Source: Zygnema circumcarinatum SAG 698-1b
Taxonomy: Eukaryota > Plantae > Zygnematophyceae
Length of the DNA: 64,000 nt
NCBI GenBank assembly: GCA_037447605.1
Contig: CM074823.1
Coordinates: 1-64,000 of the forward strand
Direction: 5' to 3'
Shown here: in pieces, positions 51,182 to 64,000 of the stretch
Position numbering within the stretch: position 1 is the first letter of the stretch
Layout: every line of letters begins with the position of its first letter
Position numbers and translations under genes: made by a program
Notes under the pieces: generated by a model
Database searches by the model: none
Told to the model about the DNA's origin: nothing
Seen by the model: the letters and a program-made list of their open reading frames with translations, nothing else

Positions 51182-51970
51182 TGTCATTACGGGGTCGATC
51201 ACCAAACTCCCGCCAGCTGTGTCTCCTTCGAGATTCATCTCGGCCATGCTTGATTCGTCACTACCCAGACAAAGAATTGTGAGACAAAGGTAAAGGAAAG
51301 CCCACTGGCCGAAAACCTCTTAATCACACTCAAGAATAGATACAACAGGTGCAGGTAGTTTTTTCTCCTAACGCTGGCTCTATCCTACGCTCTGCGGAAG
51401 CGTTTTGCTATGGCTGCCATTGACTACTTGACCCCTTCAACTCGCTACCCGATACCCGGGGTTGCACTGCTCCTGTACGCTGGCTGAGGTCTGAACCTCC
51501 CCATAAAGGTTTGTGCCCTTCCCCAAGGCGGGCTATTTAGGTGGAGCCCGCCGCAAACTCTGACATGGTTTGCGGCGGCTTCTACCATCCGCTTGGCTCC
51601 TCAGGCAAGCTCGCCGCCTTGGCACTTGCCCCTCGGCGGGGGGGCACTTGCCCCCCCGCCGCGATCTCGATTCGCGCGCGCGTCTGTACAGTTCTTCAAT
51701 TCGAACTCGTTCCGCTTCGATTCGCGCGCGTCCGTACAGTTCCGAACTTAGCGTTCCGCGCGCGTGCGCTCCGTGCCCCTTAGGCGCGTCGCGCGTCCCG
51801 TCGGCCGTACGCCCGAAACATGTTCGGTTCGTCACATCACGGTACCAAGAACTTAACTCCGCGTCCGCGCCCGCGCGACCATCCTTGTCGCTTGGCGTCC
51901 GCGCCTAAGTCCTTTATGCCCTAGAGAGACTATGTCCCATAAGTTGTACGGTCTCTAGCGCCGCACAACA
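51182..51970 (-). mobile_element. Solo LTR of the Copia-1/2 group
   Basis: Colinear with 29595-30509 (AAAGCCCACTGGCCGAAAACCTCT, CTGGCTCTATCCTACGCTCT, CCCCATAAAGG, GACCATCCTTGTCGCT, GTTGTACGGTCTCTAGCG...CAACA). No internal domain and no clear TSD. Confidence 0.8.
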
Positions 51971-52489
51971 CCACATACATACATGCCCATCTTGACTTGG
52001 CATGGCATAACTTCATTCATTCATTCATTCACTTCAAAAATAAACTTATGAAAATCATTGTCTAATATGACTGATTTGTCCCTTTTTTTCTTTTTTTGTC
52101 ATTTCTATTCTTTGTCACATTCGTGTTGTTTGTCTTATTGTCGCTTCTCTTTCTTAAAAAACCTTTGATTACGCGGGTACGGTAGTGATGAATTTACGAA
52201 CGCTTGATGGAGCTCCACCCTTAGTGGCGACCAACGGTTGCAGCCATTCCAACAGTTGGTCGGATGGTCCGCCCTGAGCGAAATTCCGCACATGGCGGAG
52301 CGGGCGGCCCATGCCATCCATCCGGCGGCGACCGCATTGAATGCCCCTCTGACGGCCGCGCGCGCGTGTCAGGCCGCGCGCCAATCCGCGCGCCTGCCTG
52401 CACGTGCGCCCGCCCGCCCGCCCGCCCGCCAGAGGAAGCGAGAGGGAGGAGGGAAGGTCCCCGCCTGCCTGCCCGCCCACCCGCCCGCC

Positions 52490-55400
52490 ATGGCCGCCAT
52501 GGCCGCCGCCCCCCTGCCGCTGCAGGAGCTCCGGGACCGCCGCGCACCTGGCTCCTTCGTGAGCTTCAGGCCTGCGTTCGGGTCAGCCCGCCGCCACTCA
52601 CTCTGCTGCAGCTCGTTGCGGGGGAAGCCATGGCGCTCGCCTTACATTTCGTGTCATTTCATCTAAATCAAGTTCAAAGGGTTTAGGCTGTTTCTAAATT
52701 CTGTGCCTCTATTTTTATTGTATGAAAGTCACCCGATTGCGTCTCGCGCATGTAAATAAACTTTTGAGGTTATCCATGAGTACTTGATCATTCAAGGTTT
52801 TTATTATATATGTATGGTTATTTGCCGGCGAGTGCAGATGGCTTCTTCCCACGCGGCACGGTCCTTCATAAGGGTTTTCAGGGCCACCCGTTAGATTTAT
52901 ATTTCCTCCTTTACCCTCTGCGCGGCGGCCAGCTGGCGATGGAGGGCAGGCCTGCAGGAGCCATGGCCGCCGAGGGCAAGAAGGTCGCGCCGAACTCCGC
53001 CATGGCTGCCGCTGCCAAAGAGGAGAGGAAGAAGAAGCTGACGAGCGGCGTTCCGGAAGGGCTGGGCTCGAGCATCCTCTCCAAACCTAGATTAGTGTCC
53101 ACCACGACGACAGCTTCAGCCAAAGGGAAGAGCAAATTAGTAGCGGCTCGCTCAGTCTCAGCGAAGAATAGCGGAGAAGAGGGAGTGGGGGAGGGAGGAG
53201 GGGAGAGAGAGGAGGAGAGAGGGACAGGGCGCTCCGAACGCAGCCTATGGACAGCCTCCCGCAGGCTCTCTTTGATGGGGCCCCTTCCGTCGGTGCAGCG
53301 CAAGGCTGAAAGCAGTCTGAAGGGGCAGGTGGGGACTCAGAGGTCGCCTCGGAGGGGAAAGGGTCTCCTCGTTCATAAGCTGTTGACAAAGCAGAAGCCC
53401 GATGGGCCGGCGGAGGCAGGTGGGCAGCAGCTCAATGGCAGTGCAGGAATGCTGGCAGGGCAGCAACCGCGCTCGAAAGGAAGTGGGGGTGGCACGGGGC
53501 GGGGAGACGCTTCATTTGGGAGCAGGTTTAGTGGGAAGGGGTTTGGAATAGCGGGCATGAAAGAGGGGGTGAAAAAAGGGGGGCTTGGGTTCAGGCAGTC
53601 GCCAGATAGTGCATATCAGAGTGGGGGAAGTGCGTCTGCAAAGCGAGGGCTGAAAGGGGGAGCTGGAAGGGGAGAAGCAGTTACAAAAGGAGTGAAAAAA
53701 GTGAAGGGAGATTCTGAGCTCCGGCCACCCTCCGATGATCAGGAGGTTTTGAAAATTGCAGCAGATCTGAGGTCTGCCACTCATTGGCTAAAGCAGATTC
53801 GGGCGGCAGAGCTTTCAGGCCAACTGTTAGTGGCAGAGAGGCTGTTCGACTTGGCGCGGGATTGCAGTGCGCAGGTGAGCGGAGGTGAAGGCAGAGGAGA
53901 GTGCTGCCTGCAATGTACGACTGTCTGGGAGGGCTTTGTTGGTGTAAGAAAAGGCCAGATGAGAAATGTCTTTTGGTGTTCCTTCTCAACAATTGCTGAC
54001 AAAAAGTAAAATACAGCTGGCAAGAGAAAAATTGGCCGCCTCAAAGGTTTCCTTGCATGCTCCTCGTTTTGGATTTCGAATGGGTCAAATCATGAAGGAA
54101 ACTTTTCGGGAGAGTTTAGTTGCACTTTCCTTTGTCTTCTACGGATACGAAGTGGTAGCTTTTTTAGGGTATCGTAATTTTAAACCAATGTTCTTGATTA
54201 TTTCTTTTCGCCATCCTTCCGGAGCACAGTTCCATTCAGAGGCGAATGTAAGTTGAAAAGGAAGGTAGACGCGAAGTGAGTTCGTCTTAGAAGGCGAGTT
54301 GGCTCTGGAAAGTGCATTTGCGAAGCGTTACGTCCTGCCTCATGTGTGTCCTTACTGATGACTAAACTATTTTGTTCATATCATGACGACTACTTCTTGC
54401 TTTGCCATTTTCTTCTCTCGACGAGCGCCAATTGGGAGCAATTGGGCTATACTCGAGAAGGCATGTCTGATAGCTTCTCGGAGTGTCTATGTGCAGCCTG
54501 TGACAGATATTGCAAAAGCAAGAAAGGACTTTGAAATGAGGCATCGGTCTGTATCAGCCGTCCTTTTGCATCGCAGTTTGGGAGGCGGAGCGCAGACGCC
54601 GGCAGGAAGCAGAACGGAGAATTCTCGTAACCCTCTGACAACAATGTCTCAGCCCCTTAATTTTGAAACTTCAGAGCTTTCCAATAGGTCAAGATCAGTG
54701 GGGTCGAGTCCTATTCTCGGATGGACGGAGCTCTGGATTGGATTTCAGGGCCATAGTCCAATCTCCCGCTCGGAAGAGCTGACAGTAAGTGGGACTGACA
54801 TTGGAGATGGCAAGGAAAAAGCAATGGAGTCCTTTTTAGGGGACACTGAAAAAACTTGGAAAGAAGGGGAGGTTGCACATGCTGCCTCAGATCATGGCGC
54901 AGATCATGACAGAGAGGAGAAAGACGAGAGAGCGGAGCAGTCCGAGGAGGTGGGTGTGAAGAAGCACGAAGGTAAGCTTTGGGCTGATCCCAGACATCAT
55001 CGGCAGGGAGAGATTACCGATGCATGGGCGAGCCCTTCTGGGAGTGGGGACGATCACGGGATGAGTGGAAGTAGCAGTGAGGATGAGACAGAAGCAGCAG
55101 AGAATGATCTCTCTATTCCTGTCGACCAGGATGTGCTGATGGAGGCACTTAAGGCTGTAAAGAGGGAGCAGGAAAGGGCTCAGTCCAGCTTTGTGAAGGG
55201 CATGTCAAAAGGAGCCTTCATTCAGAGAATACTGGCAGTGGAAGACGCCGTACAAGCAATAAGACGAGAAGCCATGGAAAAAGGGATCGAGTTGAGAAAG
55301 TCGTCAACTGCCTCTGATGGAGGAGTCCCTAGTGGGCAGCTGAGTGGGGGACACTGGGCAGCTGCGGGAGAGGGGGGGGTGTTCTCACCCTCCACTTTCC

Positions 55401-58400
55401 ATCACCACCCACATGCATGGTTCTGGAAGCTTCTGGGAACTCCCCCACCTTACCCTTATGGCCCTTTGCCAGAGAGGTCCGGCCTCATGGAGCCATATTC
55501 TGGGGAGGTTGGTCAGTATAGTAGAGGACTTTCAGCGGGAGAGAGGTCCGGCTACATGGAGCCATATTCTGGGGAGGTTGGTCAGTATAGTAGAGGACTT
55601 TCAGCGGGAGAGAGGTCCGGCTACATGGAGCCATATTCTGGGGAGGTTGGTCAGTATAGTAGAGGACTTTCAGCAGGTGAGAGGTCCGGCCTTATCGAGC
55701 CATATTCTGGGGAGGTTGTTCAGTATAGCAGGGGACTTTCAGCGGAAGAGAGGTCCGGCCTCTTGGAGCCATATTCTGGGGAGGTTGGCCAGTATAGCAG
55801 AGGATTTTCAGGGGAAGAGAGGTCGCATAGGCGTTCACTAAGTGATCAAGTGCACATATCTGCCAAGGGGAACACATTCGGAGGATTTCCCATGTTCGGT
55901 GTGGAAGGTGGAAACTGGGATGTTCGAAGTAGCGTAGAATCTGCAGAAGCGGAGGAGAGTGCCTCAGGTTGGGGGGGGGGGGGCTGGTCCAAAGAGCTCC
56001 CTCCATCAGGTGAAGGTCATGGCAACCATGATGAACCGGACGATGTTGAGAGACGGCGAGAACAAAGGCAACTTGTGGATGAGGATTCCACTCACCAGAG
56101 GGTGGTCCCCTCCCCATCTGTTGCTGTTGTTTCCCCTACTACAAGCTCGTCCCCAGCCCTTGACAGTGCAGAACCTCTGCCTCCACCCAGCCTTTCTCTG
56201 TATTCCCCTCCTCCTTCACCGACCAGAGAAATGCTTCCCTTTCAAGCGGACAACAAGGGCGAACAAGCTCCTTTTCCTCATCACCAGCCCTCTGTCGAAT
56301 CTGCTGATCTCTCACATCCTCCTCCTCTTTCACACCCTCCGAACACCAACATTTCTCCCACTGTTGCTCTACTTTCTCCTGCATTCCCAGTGCAACCCCC
56401 TAGAGAGATTGACCATGCAGCTCCATCTCGCAGCGTTGACTTCCCTCCTCCTGCAGCAGACTCTGATTCCCTTTTTAGCGCTGAGGAGTCCTCTCAAGAC
56501 GCTTCTATGGCCCCCTCAAATTCCTCTCTCTCTCAGCCTGCCTCTTCTCGGCAGGGGCAGGGCCCCTCCCCCTCTTCTTCTTCTTCTTCTTCCACAACTC
56601 CTCTGGTAAAGTCAAGTGCTGTCCAAGCAGCTGGGAGCAGCTCAGCACCCTCTACCATCAAGCTCACTTCTCATACTCTGGGAAGACCTCAACGACCTGT
56701 GAGCCGAAAAATGGGCAGCATTTTGGCTCGCACATTGCCATTGGTTGAGCAGACAGAGGATGATCCGGACTCCCCAGAGTCAACTTTTGCTCGAGCAGGG
56801 ACATTCACTCCGCCAGCATTCAGCAGCGACAACCCGCCAATGGCTGAAGCAGAAAGTCATTCTACTCAGTTGGTATTCTCCCAGGTAGCGGAAAAGATGG
56901 AGGCTCTCAGTCGTTCTCGAAGTGGCGAAGATGACGATGACATAATTGAGCTAAACCCGTTAAAGTGGGACTCACCCACTGCGAGCCTTTTCTCTGTGAA
57001 GGTCAACGGAGACTCCCCCAACTCCGTGTCAGAAGGAAACTTGCTCTCACTTCCATCTCCTTTGCTTCTCCCAGTCACTCCCACATCAGAAAATGCCACT
57101 GTTCCGGCTCCCTTCCAACCCCTCTCTCCAGCAATGGGGGGTTCACCATCTGCTGCTGCCCCCTCTCCTGCAGCTCTTTTTCCCCGAGCTCTCTCTCCTG
57201 GTTGGAATTTGAGCCCATCTGGTATGGGAGACAACCTGACAGCACCCCCTCTTCTCGATCCCTCCATCTCTCCCTCTCCCTCTCCTGCTGTGCCTGAGGG
57301 AGACTCCCACACTACCGCTCTGAAAGAGACCTCCAATGTGCTGCTCAGCGGATTGATCTCAAGTGAGCATCCATCACACGGTCCTCCTCTCCTCTCTTTG
57401 GGGCCCTCCTCCTTGCAGGGGGGCGAGTCAGGTGAGTTGAGTGGGTCTGTAGTAGAGCAGTCTGAACGCGCAGCTCTGACAGAGGGGGAAAGTGTAGGGA
57501 GTTCTGAAGTGGAGCATGCAACTTTCTCTGCCGCTGATGAGAAGTCAAAGACTTCTTATGATGAACGTGCTCCCCGAGAGAGTGTGTCGAACGTGACTGT
57601 CGCAGGTAGTCATGGTTCAGATTCTGAAGACCATAAGACAGGGAATGGGGATGTGCGTGAAGATGGGAGACAAAGCTCAAAGAGTGGTGCAGCATTGCAG
57701 CTAACTATGGATGAGTCTATGACACGGCGAGTGGTGGAGGCAGCAGGTGATAGCGTTGTGGATAGTGGTGAGGGGGTAGTGGGTGAGAATACTGTGACAT
57801 TCAGTAGGGGTGCCGACCCTGTGATGGAAGCCAAGGAGATGAAGGCTATTGAAGCTGAGGAAGAGTCAATGCAGAGTGGTCAGGAGTATAGAGAGAATGC
57901 CGAAGGTATGGATGATAAGGAAACTCAGCAGGAAAAGGAGAAAGTGGGGAAGAGAGATATGCAAGAAGTGCATGAAGGCGAACAAATTGTGCCACAGGGA
58001 AGCATGGAAGTTGAGGAGAGAGAGCAGTGGTCGGATGTGGAGGAAAAAGGGGAGCAGGAAGGCAAGCAGGTATCTTATCCACTTTCCTTCGGCCTTGATC
58101 AGCAACTTTGTTATCTCAATGGATTGGAATTGTAGCCGGCATGCTGTCCATTTAAACCGGCCAACAAATCCTGCATTTTTTTCTTTTTATTAAGCTTTTT
58201 GCCCTTTTTATGACACTCCGCCGGTGGTGGTTTTTGGATTGCCGAGGAACTCTTACGACTTTTGAGCGAACTAATTTCCCCAATTTAAAAAAAAACAAAA
58301 ATCCCCAAGAACAAGACCGAGAAAAACGGCAATGCTGCTTCCTTAAAGCATCGTCGTCCTATTTGTCTTGGAAAGTCGTTTGTACTACATTTGTTGCAGG

Positions 58401-59703
58401 AAATGTCGGTTTTGTCTGGTTGCAAAACCTGTTGTTTGTATTGTTTAAGATGCAGATGTGCTCATGCATGCTCATGTGCTTTGGGGGAAGGCTGGTCGCT
58501 GTTGCATTCAGATGGCGGATTCTCTCACTCTCCGAACACTTCTTAAGCGATCGCGCTCTCTCTCTCCTGAACGATGCGGAACAAAGTCTGGTAAGCAGCA
58601 TTTCTGTACCGAAGCAAGTATAAGTTCTGAATAAGGGCAGAGGGAACAGATCACCACAGTTGTTGGATGCAAGTTTGAGCTTACATCATTGTGACGGTTT
58701 TCTATTTTTAGTCTCTTCTGGCATTGATGAAGCGGCATCCTCCTCGCTATCATCATCTATCTAAACCTCTTCACCATTGGCTAATCTAGTAGCAGTGCGA
58801 ACCCTATTATCCTCTTCAAAAAAGGATCTTCTCTGGAAGTCATTGTTGCTTTCGTCCTGAGCAAGAGTGCAACAGGTCGTGAAACATCATTCAGGTCTAA
58901 GCAATTCGGCGAATGCATAACGACTGTTTCGTTGTATTGTCGAGAAGTCGGCCAAAACCCCCCTGCATAGTCTCCTTGGAAAGCAAGGTCCTGTACATCC
59001 GAAAGGTTTTCTCTGCAGTGTGTACTTAGCCGGAAGCTGCCTCCGTGCTAGTCCAAACGTTGCTTGATTTCCAGATCAACCTTTCTCTCGACATGTCGTG
59101 TGGTGTAACTTTTACCTTCTTTGCACTTCAGATGTCATCATCATCTATCATTTTTTCATCTGTGCCAGCTCTCTTCATGATACTGACTTCCGACCCTCTT
59201 CAGTCCCGCATGCTCGAAGCCTTGCACTTGGAAACCCAAAATTCCGTTTACTGCATTTGTTGCAACGAACCTTCAAAACTAAGTAGCTGCTGCCGGATGC
59301 ACCGCATGTGCTTGCAGATTCACGAGAGATTGCTGTGAAATCCGTCCCGAGGAAAGGACCCACTACGAACCGTGAGGAGGAGGGCGAGAGAGAGAGAGAG
59401 AGAGAGAGCAGCAGCAACAGAAACAGGAGCAGGAGAGGCTCCCAGCCGCCACCTCCTGCCGGCCCTTCTGCTGAGAGAGGAGGGGGTTCAGGGGACCCAA
59501 AGAGGAGGCTTAGCAGTAGCGCCGCTCCCCGGGAGGACGCAGAAACTGACATGGAAACGCGGCACTGGGAGAGCGGGTCTGCGGGGTTCAGGGCGAGGGC
59601 GCCGACCCCTCCCCGGGAAGCACCGGCCGATGGGTTTACGCGGAAGCAGCAGTGGGCGTGGAGGAGGGTGGGGAGGACAAGGAGCCTTGAGAAGAGGCAG
59701 TAG
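52490..59703 (+). CDS. Large, mostly intrinsically disordered uncharacterised protein (~1680 aa); predicted exons 52490-52558, 52933-53874, 54497-58069, 58512-58590, 59318-59703
   Basis: Long ORFs 52810-54009 and 54383-58135. GT-AG junctions are mutually phase-compatible (0,0,0,1). GCCATGG start context and a GC-rich/CCAAT promoter at 52330-52489. The exon 2/3 splice joins ...ARDCSAQ|PVTDIAKARK into one helical segment. Confidence 0.75.
55471..55826 (+). repeat. In-frame 69-bp (23-aa) tandem repeat, ~5 copies, within the unknown gene
   Basis: ERSG(L/Y)(M/I/L)EPYSGEV(G/V)QYSRG(L/F)S(A/G)(G/E), repeated with period 69. Confidence 0.95.
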
Positions 59704-59745
59704 CAGTAGCAGCTTTCTGCCGCGTTCAAGGGAGGAAGTGGAGGG

Positions 59746-59880
59746 CTTTCTTGAAAGATGCGCTGCATGCATGTGAATGAATGAATGAATGGGTCCGTGG
59801 GAGGGAGGAAGGAGGTCTTTCTTGAAAGATGCTGCATGTATGGGAATGACTGAATGGATGGGTCCGTGGGAGGAAGGAGA
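59746..59880 (+). repeat. ~70-bp direct duplication in the putative 3' UTR
   Basis: CTTTCTTGAAAGATGC..CTGCATG..ATG.GAATGA..GGGTCCGTGGGAGG occurs twice in tandem. Confidence 0.8.
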
Positions 59881-60643
59881 ATGAAGGAAGGAAGGAAGGA
59901 AGGGGGTTGGCGGGGGAGGGAGACTGGCAGCACAGCACAGCGGGATATCGGCGCGTTCTCTCGCGGCATGGAGTGTAGGAAGTCCGTTTCAGAAGCCAAG
60001 ACAGGATTAGGGGTTGGAGTACAGTGCGCAAAGGACCTGTAATTTGGGTAATTTGGGTAATGTGGGGTATTATGGGGAGGCTCTTTATTGTCTTTGACGC
60101 CCTAAGTGGCAAATAACTGTTATCGAGATTGATAGCTGGTGAACCCGTAGGCTAGCAAGCCTGGTTATATATTAGCTTATCTTCTAAGTTTGTCTGAATT
60201 GTCTGATTTATTTTCCCTTAGTCCAATAATGAGTAGACCACGCACGTAGCATGGCGATTCTGAGATGCCCATTTCACCTCCTTTTGCCCTTTGTATTTGG
60301 AAAAGATTTTTGAAATGTGGCAGAGCTGATTAGACATTATGCAGCGGAAGCAGAGGTGCTGTTCTGGGAAGGGAAGGGATTGGTTGGTCTGTGAAACGTG
60401 CAGTCCTCATCCTGCCCTTTGTCCCGAAAAAAAGAAAAAAACGCAAATTCCATATCGTCCTTTTCAAGTCTGAGACGCCCTATTGAACTGCTGGAAGTTG
60501 ATGCATGTGCCTACCGTATGTGTATACTGGTCGAATACATCGAACCTGTATGACAAATATCAAAATTGAACCAAGGACTGTTGAACCAGGGTCACCACAA
60601 ATGTACTTGGCCGTCACATGGCGCAAGGCCATATGGTCACGTG

Positions 60644-60995
60644 CTAGAGCCTAAAGCCTAGAGCCTGGAGCCTAGAGCCTAAAGCCCTAGGGCCTAGAGC
60701 CTAGAGCCTAGAGCCTCGAGCCTATGGAGCCTGGGGCCTGGGGCCTGGAGGCCTGGGGCCTGGGGCCTGGGGCCTGGGGCCTGGGGCCTGGGAGCCTGGG
60801 AGCCTGGGGCCTGGAGGCCTGGAGGCCTGGAGGCCTGGGGCCTGGAGGCCTGGCGCCTGGGGCCTGGAGCCTGGGGCCTGGGAGCCTGGGGCCTGGGAGC
60901 CTGGGGCCTGGGGCCTGGGAGCCTGGAGGCCTGGGGCCTGGGGCCTGGGGCCTGGGGCCTGGGGCCTGGAGCCTGGAGCCTAGAGCCTAGAGCCT
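60644..60995 (+). repeat. Heptamer microsatellite (AGAGCCT flanks, GGGGCCT/GGAGCCT core) upstream of HEMF
   Basis: About 50 units of NNNGCCT. Confidence 0.95.
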
Positions 60996-61349
60996 GCTGC
61001 AGTGCGAGCGCCTCCGTGCCTCGCTGGCGCGGCCCCGGCCGGCGGCCAACGCCAACGGCCAATGGCGCGCGCGCCCGCGGATGGCCCCCCGCCAGCGCGG
61101 CGCCGCGGGATCGCCCGCACTGTTTTTTGCTCTCCGGGCAGCGCGCACGCGCCGCTGCGGGCAGCGAAAAAACCTTCGCTCGCCCTTCGCGATGGGCCCT
61201 CCCTGTCCGGGCAGCGGCGCGGAACCTTTCCTTCGGGCGGGCAGGGCACCGGCGGGCGGGCGGGTCCCAAATATCCATCCATCTATCCAACAGTGCGTAT
61301 CCTCCTCCCGCGCGCCCTCACGGACCCTCTCCGCGCTTTCTCCTCCGCC

Positions 61350-64000
<2,651 letters not shown>

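Noticed and set aside
59175-59999. 274-aa minus-strand ORF
   Set aside because: It is the antisense shadow of the last exon and 3' UTR of the plus-strand gene, is low-complexity and has no recognisable motif.
60694-61290. Collagen/elastin-like ORFs (PGAWGLG / PGPRPQA repeats)
   Set aside because: They are readouts of the heptamer microsatellite.

Overview
Eukaryotic DNA, most likely a streptophyte green alga or other plant-lineage genome (spliceosomal GT-AG introns, a plastid-targeted coproporphyrinogen III oxidase, tRNA-iMet-primed LTR elements). It reads like a heterochromatin-to-euchromatin edge. (1) 1-29235 is a 174-bp tandem satellite in two abruptly juxtaposed subfamilies: A, about 134 monomers with recurring multi-monomer cassettes, and B, about 34 monomers. 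(2) 29236-51970 is a nested retroelement pile. It holds a minus-strand Ty1/copia element, a 5'-truncated inverted copy of it, and a ~4.2-kb GTGCCT(C/GC) simple-repeat array. A Ty3/gypsy element is inserted in that array and carries a second copia inside it. A short inverted, diverged satellite remnant and a solo LTR close the block. (3) 52490-64000 holds two plus-strand intron-containing genes: a large, mostly disordered unknown protein and HEMF/CPOX, which runs off the window. The most notable element is a ~450-bp non-coding TRIM family (three two-LTR copies plus a solo LTR) whose ~135-bp LTRs carry a tRNA-like A-box/B-box module. Many repeat patches are indel-rich with a directional CA->CG bias, probably unpolished long-read error that may reflect non-CG methylation. 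Repeat boundaries and TE reading frames are therefore approximate, and almost all short ORFs in 1-52 kb are spurious.
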